Positions 54,274 to 64,000 of a stretch of 64,000 bases of DNA are shown piece after piece. The position numbers and the translations under genes were made by a program. The stretch lies in assembly GCF_009914755.1 (NCBI RefSeq), contig NC_060926.1; one strand, given 5' to 3'. Below the pieces are notes generated by a model. That model worked only from the letters and a program-made list of their open reading frames with translations, had not been told where the DNA came from and made no database searches. This DNA comes from the human T2T-CHM13v2.0 reference genome, Homo sapiens. Numbering within the stretch: the first letter of the stretch is position 1; each line of letters begins with the position of its first letter.

Positions 54274-55215
54274 TAACTACAAAGGTATAGTAGCCAAAAC
54301 GATATGGTATTGACATGAAAATAGATACATAGACCAAAGAAACAGAATAGAGAACTTAGAAATAGATCTGCACATTTACAGCGAACTCATTTTTGACAAA
54401 GTCAGCAATAATATATATCGGGGAAGGGACAGTCTCCTTAATGGTGTTGGGAAAACTAGATCTCCTTATGGAGAGCAATTAAACTAGACTTTTATCTTTC
54501 CCTATGCACAAAAATCAAATGGATACATTAAAGACTTAAATGTAAGACCACAAACTATGAAACTACTGGAAGAAATCATTAAGAAAACACTTCAGGACAT
54601 CAATTGTTCTGAGCAAAGATTTTTGTGGTAAGACCTCAAAAGCACAGGCAACAAAAGTGAAAGTAGACAAATGAGATTATACTAAGCTAATCAAACTTCT
54701 GCACAGCAAAGGAAACAATCAACAGAGTGAAGAAACGTCCTCCAGAAGATGAGAAAATATTTGCAAATTGTCTGACAAGAAATCAATAACCAGGATATAT
54801 AAGGACCTCAAACAACTCAATAGCGACTCCCCAAAAAAAAAATCTGATTCAAAAGTGAGCACATGATCTGCACAGACATCTCTCAAAAGAAGGCACACCA
54901 TTGGTCAACAGGTATTTCTATTTATGTAATCAATTGGAGAGTCAGAAGTAGATTTGCACACATGATAAAAAAAATTTAGATAAAAGTATCAAAACAGCTT
55001 AATGAGAAGAGGAAACATTTTCTAACAAATGTTGCTGGAAATACTGGGTAAAACTATGAATCAATAATGAATTTCAATCCCTTACACCATTATAATTTGA
55101 GTTGGAAAATAGACCAAGTGTTAATAGTTATAACCATATAACTTCTAGCATAAACACAGGAAACTATAATTGTAATCCTGGGAAAAGCAAATACTTCTTA
55201 GGACCAAATAAGTAA

Positions 55216-55665
55216 TGTGATAGACAAAATAATGTCCCACGAAGACATATATGCCCTAATTCCTTGAAACTATGAGCATGTTACTTTACATGGAAAGAAG
55301 ACTTTACAGATGTGATTAAGAATATTGAGATGGGAAGATTATGCCGGATTATCAGGCTGGAACCAATATAACCAAAAGGGTTCTTATATGCGGGATAGAA
55401 GAGGGGCAGACTCAGAGTAGATGTGACAAAGGAAGAAAGGTTAGAATAATTCAAGGAAGAGACATGAGTCACAGAATGCAGACAACCTTTTCACATTGGA
55501 AAAGGAAATACAATGGATTTTTTAACAGAGCCTCCAGAAGGAGAGCAGTCCAGCAAACATATTTTCATTATTCTAACTTCCAGAAATGTAAAATAATAAA
55601 TTACTGTTACTTTAAGCTACAAAATTTATGGTAATTGGTTATAGCAGCAATAGGAAACTAATGCA
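55216..55665 (+). mobile_element. MLT1D-like MaLR LTR
   Basis: tgttactttacatggaaagaagactttacagatgtgattaag...gagatgggaagattat...ttatagcagcaataggaaactaatgca. Confidence 0.88.
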
Positions 55666-56330
55666 AGCCTACTTAAAAATAAAAACTGATAAATTTCATT
55701 TTAAAAAATCACTTTTGGTCCTCCAAAGACATCAATAAAAAAGCAAATTGGTAAATCTCAGACAGGGAATATATAATCACCCCCCCACCACACACTCACA
55801 CACAGAAAGAGGGAGATATGGAGGGTCAATAGTACTTATAGCAATACACAGCATTACAAAGGAATGAAATGTTAACACATCGCGCAACATGGATTAATCT
55901 CAAAGTTATTGTATGCGTGAAAGGAATCAGACACAAGTAGTACATAGTTGAGATTTTTACTAATAAATTTTAAGAACGGAGGCAGAAGTAATATGTGTGT
56001 GTCTGTGTATGTGGGGGTGTGTGTATAAAATCAGACAACTCTCATTCAGAACATAAAATAACTCCTATAATCCAATAATAAAAAACAATAAAAATAAATA
56101 CTATATAGAAGAAGATGTAATAATGGGCAATGCATATGACAATGTTTTCAGCATTATTCATAAATAGAAAAATACAACTTTAAAATTATAATGTCATACA
56201 TAGTTGATCTATCACCACAAACTCACAAGGATGACTAAAGTAAAAAACTGATGCTACCAAATGTTGATGAAAATGTGGAGCTACTGGAACTATAATTCAT
56301 TGCTGGTGCAAGTATAAAAGATACAACCAA

Positions 56331-57139
56331 AGGAGACACAGGATAAGTAGCTTCTATCTGCCCTCAGGTCATTGTGTTGTTTGCCTGAGTCTAGCTGTGT
56401 CCAGGGTTTTTATGGGCTTCAGAGTGGAGAAAGTGCATGCTGATTGGTTCCATGGGTGGCCTTGGGCAGCTGAAAAAGCACCATAAGTTCTCATTCTGGT
56501 CTGCAGAACTAGCAGCCTGGCCCCAATGCTTCAGGCCTTCTCTGGCTTGAAGGTGGGGCTTCACCAGGGAACCAACCCTTTCCTTCCAGGAGCCTGTCTG
56601 CCTCCTACCACCATCAACCTGCCAAGCAAGGCAACCATGGTGTCCAGGCTGTTTGTGCTGAGGGGTGCCTGCACACTCAAGTGGAGCTTCCCTCACCCCC
56701 ATTGGCCTCCCTTCTGTGCTCACAGGTGCCCATAGTCCAGAGGGGTCCAAGGCTGCAGGAGCCTGGTATGTCAGCACTGTCCCAAGTGTGCACACACCGT
56801 CAGGTCGCAACTGTGCCTGGGCTCAGCATCAACTTTGCTCCAAAATCGGAGTGGGCACCAGGAGCCAGGAGAGGCCAGGTAGCAGAAGCAGTCTGGGGGA
56901 AGGGGAGGCTTCCCAGGTTCCCGAGAGCACAGGGATGCCTGGGTCCTCAGCTGTGGCTGGGAGGCTACAGCTTCACCTGGAAGAGTGGAGCTTCTATCCC
57001 TCCAACTCAGGAGCGGGCAGGGATCCCACCTGTTTTTGGCTCCCACCTGCTCCATGGAGCACAGAGCCCAGGTGGTGCTTCCCCAACTGCAGCTGGCATT
57101 ATGGCAGCATCTGCTCCAGATGGGTCACTTCTGCCATCA
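56331..57139 (-). mobile_element. MER52-family ERV1 LTR, 3' part deleted
   Basis: Minus start TGATGGCAGAAGTGACCCATCTGGAGCAGATGCTGCCAT at 57139; gggtttttatgggct...gtgcatgctgattgg promoter block; stops abruptly at ~56331. Confidence 0.88.
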
Positions 57140-58164
57140 GTTTCATGGAATTCAGTTAGGAACCAGACATTTTCCAGGCCCCTCTTGGAATCATAGGCAC
57201 GGATGTGGTATTGGTGCCGCTTGCTTATTTTCTCGATGGCCTCCTCAATGTACTTCACACCTTTCTCCTCCCACATGGCCTTGGTGCTGAAGTTAGTGTG
57301 GCAGCCTGCATCATTCCAGGTCCCAGGAATGGGCTTGGGATGAAAGGTTGCTGCTATCACTCCAAAGTCTTCACATACATGATGCAAGATGAAACGGGAG
57401 ATGATCTTCCATGCTGATTCCTTCACAGGATCCAATTTGGAATTCCCACTGGGCAGGCATCACCTCAACATTAGTCCCTACGATCTTAATTCCAGCATAC
57501 AAGCAGGCTTGGTAATCAGCCTCCAAGACATTCCTCTTATAGGCTTTGTCTGCTCCCACAGCACCGTGATATGGACCCCGTGGCCCAAAAAAGCAATTGG
57601 AAGGCCAACCGAAGGGCTGCCCATCTGTCCCCATGAGTGTATATTTCTGCTCTATGCCAAAGCAGAGATGCTGGTTGCTCACCATGTCCATTATCCATTT
57701 ACAGATGTGCCTCAAATTGGTCTCTGCAGGCTTTCGATTGTACTTGAAAACTTCACAGAACACCAGCTTGTTAGAGTCCTTGTGGAAGGGGTCCCAAAAC
57801 ACGACAGCAGGCACCATACACATGTTACTGTTGGAGCTTTCAGACTGTAAAGTACCAGAGCTATCAAAATTCCACTCAGGCAACTCTTCCATACACTTCG
57901 GCTCACTGTCCAGGGTATGGGTCTTGCAGCACAGTCATTCTGCAGTCACAATTATCCAGATACACATGGCCTGAACCTTCTCACCCTGAGGCAGAGACAT
58001 GTACACCTGCTTGATGCTTTTGTTAAAGCAGGAACTTGCTGAAGCGGTCATGGTGGAAAGGTGGTCTGTGGGCCGAGCAGGCCGGTAAAGGTGGGGAGAG
58101 AAAAGAGGGGGAGCCGTCGTGATGCTTAGACCTCCACTTGTCTCCCATTCTTGGCTCTGCCCCC
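57140..58164 (-). pseudogene. GLUL: Glutamine synthetase processed pseudogene (GLULP-type retrocopy), 3'-truncated
   Basis: ATG at 58051 ([29 protein letters not shown]), then ELPEWNFD...AQWEFQIG...[22 protein letters not shown]...LTEFHET, contiguous without introns and with 5'UTR. In-frame TGA at codon 39 (57935-57937), frameshifting deletion after DHL (~57398), ends at ~codon 306 at the MER52 junction. Confidence 0.97.
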
Positions 58165-58172
58165 ATAGATTG

Positions 58173-58369
58173 AAAATCATCTCTAGATTACTTATGATAT
58201 CTAATTCAATGTAAATTTTATGTAAATACTTCTTATATTGCCTTGGGAATAATGACAAGAAAAAAATCTGTACATGTTCAATACAGACACTTTTTTTTCC
58301 CAAATATTTTTTTACTCTTGGTTGCTTAAATCCAAGGATGCCAAACTCATGGACAGGAAGAGTTGATGG
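58173..58369 (+). mobile_element. MER2 (Tigger-family) right half; target site of the GLUL retrocopy
   Basis: aaatcatctctagattacttat...gggaataatgacaagaaaaaaatctgtacatgttc...ggatgccaaactcatggac, followed by TA. Confidence 0.87.
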
Positions 58370-58484
58370 TATTTACAACAATCCACAGCTTTACAAAGTA
58401 ATGAAATGCTAACACATGCGGCGATCTGGATTAAACTCAAAAGCATTATGTAAGTGAAAGGAATCAGACATAAATGGTACATAG

Positions 58485-58898
58485 TTTTATGCGCGTCCGT
58501 GTGAAGAGACCACCAAACAGGATTTGTGTGAGCAATAAAGCTGTTTATTTCACCTGGGTGCAGGCAGGCTGAGTCCAAAAAGAGAGTCAGTGAAGGGAGA
58601 TAGGGGTGGGGCTGTTTTATAAGATTTGGGTAGGTAAAGGAAAATTACAGTCAAAGGGGGGTTTTTCTTTGGCGGGCAGGAGTGGGGGTCACAACGTGCT
58701 CAGTAGGGGAGCTTTTGAGCCAGGATGAGCCAGGAGAAGGAATTTCACAAGATAATGTCATCGGTTAAGGCAGGAACAGGCCATTTTCATTACTTTTGTG
58801 GTGGAATGTCATCAGTTAAGGCAGGAACCGGCCATCAGGAAGTGTATGTGCAGGTCACAGGGGATATGATGGCTTAGCTTGGGCTCAGAGTCCTGACA
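58485..58898 (-). repeat. LTR7 3' LTR
   Basis: Minus TGTCAGGACTCTGAGCCCAAGCTAAGCCATCATATCCCC...GAAATAAACAGC...GGACGCGCATAAAA; PPT AAGAAGACAGGAA adjacent (58899-58911). Confidence 0.96.
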
Positions 58899-60516
58899 TT
58901 CCTGTCTTCTTATATTAATAAGAAAAATAAAATGAAATAGTGGTAAAGTGTTGAGACGGCAAAAATTTGGGGGGATGGTTTGGAGAGATAATGGGTGATA
59001 TTTCTCAGGGCTGTTTCGAGCAGGATTAGGGGCAGCGTGGGAGCCTAGAGTGGGAGAGATTAAGCTGAAGGAAGATTTTGTGGTAAGGGGTGATATTGTG
59101 GGACTGTTAGAAGAAACATTTGTCATTCAGAATGATTGGTGATGGCCTGGATACGGTTTTGTATGAATTGAAAAATGGAATAAGAGAAGGAGAAAAACAG
59201 GTATTAAAGGTCTGAGAATTGGGAGGACCTAGGATATTTAATTAGGGAGTGCCTAAGGAGGTTCAGCATAGTCCTGCCAGCAAAGATTATTTATTTACTT
59301 TAAGAGTTAAGAGTGGCAGTTTGGGGACAGCACCAGGAGATATCAGCTGTGATGGCTTGGAGAAACAGTGTAAACTGGCAGTGTAAACAAGAACAGGGCA
59401 TGTTTGAGTAGTTGAGAACGGTGAATAGGAGTATGACTAGACAGAAGATAGTAGGGATGACAAGTTTTTTGGGGCACAGTCCAAGTTGGTCTGGTGTCTG
59501 GAATGAGACTGGGGCCTAATAAAAAGGAGCATCCATACAGGAGCTCAAATGGTCTGTACCCTATAGCATTCCAAGGACAGGCCTGAATTCTGAGAAGGGA
59601 AAGCAGTAAAAGTATTGTCTAGTCCTTTTTAAGTTGGCAGCTGAACTTGGTGAGGTGTGTTTTTAAAAGATCTTTAGTCCGTTCTACTTTTCCTGAAGAC
59701 TGAGGAATGTAAGGGATATAAAGATTTCACTGAATACTAAGAGCCTAAAAAACTGTTTGGCTGATTTGACTAATAAAGGCTGATCTGTTATCAGACTGTA
59801 TAGAGGTGGGAAGGCTCAACTGAGGAATTATGTCTGACAGAAGGGAAGAAATGACTGCGGTGGCATTCTCAGACCTTGTAGGAAAGGCCTCTACCTATCC
59901 AGTGAAAGTGTCTACCTAGACTAAGAGGAATTTTAGTTATCTGACTCAGGGCATGTTGAGTAAAGCTAATTTGCCAGTCCTGGGTGGGGGCAAGTCTTTG
60001 AGCTTGATGTATAGGGAAGGGAGGAGGCCTGAATAATCCCTGAGAAGTAGTAGAATAGCAGATGGAACACTGAGAAGTTATTTCCTCGAGGATAGATTTC
60101 CACGATGGAAAGGAAATGAGAGGTTTTAAGAGGTGGACTAGTGGCTTGTACTATAGCATGGCCTGCCTTTGCTGGTGTGTGGTGATTAGGCCTGGTGGAA
60201 CTGCCATCAATAAACTAAGTGTGATCAGGGTGAGGAACAGGAAAGAAGAAAATATGGGGAAATGGGGTGAATGTCAGGTGGATCAGAGAGATACAGTCAT
60301 AGGGGTCAGGTGTGGTATCAGGAATAACGTGGGAGGCCAGATTGAAGTCTGGGCCAGGAACAATGGTAATTGTGGGAGACTTAACAAAGAGTGAGTACAG
60401 CTGAAGGAGCCGGGAAGCAGAAAGTATATGTGTCAGGTGTGAGGAAGAAAATAGATTTTGGAAGTTATGAGAACTGTAGAGAGTGAATTGAGCATAGTTT
60501 GTGATTTTAAGGGCCT

Positions 60517-61858
60517 CTAAAGAATTAGGGTGGCAGCAGCCACTGCATGGAGACATGATGGCCAGCCTAAAACAGTAAGGTCAAGTTGTTTGGACAAAAA
60601 GGCTACAGGACGCGATCCTGGTCCTTTTGTAAGAATTCTGACTGCACAGCCCTGCACTTCAGCTGTGTGTAATGAAAAGGGTTGAGATGAGTCAGGGAGA
60701 GCTAGGGTCGGGGCAGTCTCTAAAGCTGTCTTCAAGGAACGGAAAGAGGAGTGGGGAAAAGATTTAGGATCTATGGGGTCAGCTAGGTTTCTTTTTGTGA
60801 GTTTATATAATGGTTTTGTTAGGATGGCAAAACCAGGTATCTAAAGTCGAAAGTATCTAACCATGCCTAGGAAGGAAAGGAGTTGTTGTTTTGTAGGTGT
60901 TGGGGGTTTGAGAGATCAGCTGGACATGATCCACAGGGAGAGCACGTGTGTTTTTATGAGAATTATGCCGAGATAGGTAACAGATGAGGAAGAAATCTGG
61001 GCTTGACTGAAGTAATGGGGGCTGTCTGTGAAGCCTTGCGGCAGTACAGCCCAGGTAATTTGCTGAGCCTGATGGGTGTCAGGGTCAGTCTAAGCGAAAG
61101 CAAAGAGAGGCTGGGGTGAAGGGTGCAAAGGAATAGTAAAGAAAGCATGTTTGAGATCTAGAACAGAATAATGGATTGTGGAGGGAGGTATTGAGGATAG
61201 GAGAGTATATGGGTTTGGCATCACGGGGTGGATAGGCAAAACAATTTTGTTGATAAGGTGCAGATCTTGAACAAACCTGTAAGGCTTGTCTGGTTCTAGA
61301 CAGTTAAAATGGGGGAATTGTAAGGAGAGTTTATAGGCTTTAAAAGGCCATGCTGTAGCAGACGAGTGATAACAGGCTTTAATCTTTTCAAAGCATGCTG
61401 TGGGGTGGGATATTGGCATTGAGTGGGTTAAGGGTGATTAGGTTTTAATGAGATGGTAAGGGGTGCGTGATTTGTCGCCAAGGAAGGAGTAGAGGTGTCT
61501 TATACTTGTGGGTTAAGGTGGGGGGATACAAGAGGAGGATGCAAAGGAGGCTTTGGATTGGGAAGAAGGGCAGCAATGAGATGCAGCTGTAGTCCAGGAA
61601 TAGTCAGGGAAGCAGATAATTTAGTTAAAGTGTCTCAGCCTAATAAGGGAACTGGGCAGGTGGGGATAATTAAAAGGAGTGCTTAAAAGAGTATTGTCTA
61701 AGTTGGCACCAGAGTTGGGGAGTTTTAAGAGGTTTAGAAGCCTGGCTGTCAATACCCACAACAGTTATGGAGGCAAGGGAAGCAGGCCTTTGAAAAGAAG
61801 GTAATGTGGAGTGGGTAGCCTCCATGTTGACTAAGAAGGGGATGGACTTACCCTGCAC
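60517..61858 (-). pseudogene. pol: HERV-H pro-pol remnants
   Basis: FLVNMEATHS (dead protease motif), [10 protein letters not shown]...VLDLKHAFF, then LPQGFTDSPHYFSQAQ joined directly to ISSSSVTYLG (YxDD deleted), connection APTLALPD...PVAFLSKQLD. Confidence 0.92.
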
Positions 61859-62083
61859 TGTGAGAGTTACCTAGAGCATCTGTGATGGTCCTGTAGGCTT
61901 CCGAGGCAATCGGGCAGTGTCAGTCTTCAGCTGCTAAGCCGAGAAGATCTGGGAAGGAGTCAGAGAGCCTTGGGCCAGAGTTCCAGGGGCTCTGGGAGTG
62001 GTTGCCAGGTAAGTTGAACAGTCCGATTTTCAGTGGGGTCCTGCACAGATGGGAAGCAGCTTAGGAGGAATCCTGGGCTGCGG

Positions 62084-62125
62084 GCATTCCTTGGTCTGGT
62101 GGCCAGATTTCTGGCACTTGTAGCA
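62084..62125 (-). pseudogene. gag: HERV-H gag nucleocapsid zinc knuckle remnant
   Basis: Translates CYKCQKSGHQTKEC (CX2CX4HX4C); the second knuckle is broken by a stop. Confidence 0.85.
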
Positions 62126-63261
62126 AGCTCCTGGGGGAGGCGGGCCTGGAGGAACGCCTGGCCACTGCAGTTTAGGCATTTGGGAGTTCTTGTGTGCTGG
62201 AGATGTGGCTGGCTGGGGTTTGTCTCACAGTGGAGGCAAAGAATTGCAACTCAGAAATATGTTGCTACTTGGCTTCCTCTACTCTATTATTGTACACCTT
62301 GAAGGCAAGGTTAATTAAGTCCTGTTTTGGGGTTTGAGGGCCGGAATTTAATGTTTGGAGCTTTATTTAATGTCGGGAGCAGATTGGGTAATAAAATAAA
62401 ATGTATATTGAGAGTAAGACGGCCTTTTGACCTTTCAGGGTCTAGGGCTGTAAAGCATCTCAGGGTTGCTGCTAAGGGGCCATGAAATGGGCTGGGTTTT
62501 TTATATTTGATGAAAAAGAGCCTAAACACTAACTGATTTGGGAGAGGTCAGATAAAGAAAAAGGAGCATTAACCTTGACTATGCCTTTAGCTCCAGCCAC
62601 CTTTTTAAGAGGAAATTGCTGGGCAGGTGGGGGAGGGCTAGTCGGGGAAAGAAACTGTAAGCCAGACCAGGTGTGAGGAGGGGAGGTGATAAAAGGATTA
62701 TAGGGTGGAGGAGTGGAGGCTGAGGAAGAATTGGGACCTAGCCTGGCCTGGCTAGGAGGAGAGAGGTCAGATGGGTCTGTAGAAAAGGAAGATTAGAAAG
62801 ACTCAGCGATGCTTGGGGTTGGGACTGAGGGGACAGGCAGGAAGGAAAGAAGGAAGATTTGGGATGAGTTGCATTGGGAACAGAGACTAGGGAGGGACTG
62901 ATATGTAAAAGAATGCCTGGATGTCAGGCTCCTCAGACCATTTGCCCATTTTACAACAAGAATTATTTAGATCTTGTAGGATGGAAAACATGAAAGTGCC
63001 ATTTTCTGGCTATTTAGAGCCATTGTCAAATTTGTATTGGGGCTAAGCGGTGTTGCAGAAGAAAATAAGATGCTTAGATTTTAGGTCAGGCGAGAGTTGA
63101 AGAGGTTTTAAGTTCTTATGAACACAGGCTAAGGGAGAAGAAGGAGGAATGGAGGGTGGAAGGTTGCCCATAATGAAGGAGGCAAGTTTAAAGAAAAGGG
63201 AGAGTAGAGACATGAAGGGAAGGGTTCAGGGGTTCTTACCCTCCAGAAAAGTGGGAAAGGG

Positions 63262-63375
63262 GTCGGGGTATGGAAATAAGGGGTTGGGGTGCAGAAATAA
63301 GAGGTCAGGGCATGAAAATAAGGGATCAGGGTGCAGAGATCAGGGGTTGGGGCATGGAAATAAGGGATCAGGGGT
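63262..63375. repeat. ~20-bp tandem repeat in the HERV-H leader
   Basis: Units like GGAAATAAGGGGTTGGGGTGCA / GAAAATAAGGGATCAGGGTGCA, about five copies. Confidence 0.75.
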
Positions 63376-63775
63376 TCTTGCCACCCAGAAAAGCAGAGAA
63401 GGGGTAGAGACACGGAGTGAAGGGGTTGGAGTTCTTGGCCCTCTGCCAGAAAAGCGGGACTTGGCGCTAAGGGTGAAGGACCAAGGCAGACATCCCTGCG
63501 TGGTCAGACACCTCTGAAACGTGGGTGAATAATCAGAAAAGCATCCCTGCAATGATTAAACACCAAGGGAAGTCTGCCTTCCCAAGTCCGTGATGGACAC
63601 CGGAGTTTTGGGTCCATGGATAATCCACAGATAAAACGTGTCTCCTTTGTCTCTACCAGAAAATGAAAGGAATTGAAATTAAGAGAAGGGAGAGATTGAA
63701 GGGTGACGCCAAGATTGAAGGAGAAAGTGGTTGAGGGATAGTGAGAGAGGTTGGAGAAGAGAGTAAGAGGAGGCC

Positions 63776-63784
63776 ACTTACCTG
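63776..63784 (-). promoter_or_regulatory. HERV-H leader splice donor
   Basis: Minus strand CAG|GTAAGT, a perfect consensus, ~125 nt downstream of the PBS. Confidence 0.8.
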
Positions 63785-63907
63785 ATTTAAAATTGGTGAG
63801 ATGTTCCTTGGGCTGGTGGGTCTGAGGACCTGAGGTCGTAGGTGGATCTTTTTCATGGAGCAAAGAGCAGGAGGACAGGGGATTGATCTCCCAAGGGAGG
63901 TCCCCCG

Positions 63908-63925
63908 ATCTGAGTCACGGCACCA
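63908..63925 (-). promoter_or_regulatory. Primer binding site, tRNA-His
   Basis: TGGTGCCGTGACTCAGAT, one mismatch to the tRNA-His complement. Confidence 0.93.
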
Positions 63926-63927
63926 AA

Positions 63928-64000
63928 TTTTATGCGCGTCTGTGTGAAGAGACCACCAAACAGGATTTGTGTGAGCAATAAAGCTGTTTATTTCACCTGG
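63928..64000 (-). repeat. LTR7 5' LTR (U5/R end only)
   Basis: Identical to 58485-58557 except one C/T change. Confidence 0.96.

Larger units (their letters stand above)
58485..64000 (-). mobile_element. HERV-H provirus, common deleted type; 5' LTR runs off the window
   Basis: LTR7 at 58485-58898 and 63928-end, tRNA-His PBS, gag zinc knuckle, pro, RT and connection remnants; internal region ~5.0 kb. Confidence 0.98.

Noticed and set aside
57007-57892. GLUL ORFs as a functional enzyme gene
   Set aside because: Premature stop at codon 39, frameshift, no introns, C-terminal catalytic region missing.
63262-63375. Regularly spaced repeats resembling a CRISPR-like array
   Set aside because: Head-to-tail HERV-H leader repeats with no unique spacers, in a eukaryotic context.

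Overview
Primate (human-like), AT-rich, repeat-dense non-coding DNA. I found no intact cellular protein-coding exon; the ORF track is explained by repeats, microsatellites and one pseudogene. Main landmarks: (1) the 5' part of a young L1PA on the minus strand (1-1572); (2) a complete ~9.8 kb MER57-type ERV1 provirus (14717-24494, GAAC TSD, tRNA-Leu PBS, integrase and env remnants) with nested LTR12, LTR22/HML-5, THE1A and Alu insertions; (3) a long degraded old L1 (48638-54915) with nested Alu, L1PA and Tigger2a; (4) an intronless glutamine synthetase (GLUL) processed pseudogene (minus, 57140-58164) cut off by a MER52 LTR; (5) a near-complete deleted-type HERV-H provirus (minus, 58485 to window end) directly upstream of and co-oriented with the retrocopy. 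The best candidate for something undescribed is a possible HERV-H-driven spliced transcript into the GLUL retrocopy: a perfect viral splice donor, an acceptor-like site 14 nt before the retrocopy ATG, and a 38-codon ORF keeping the K11/K14 degron lysines. This is inference only. Repeat family names come from recalled consensus sequences, not a database search, so subfamily calls and old-repeat boundaries are approximate.
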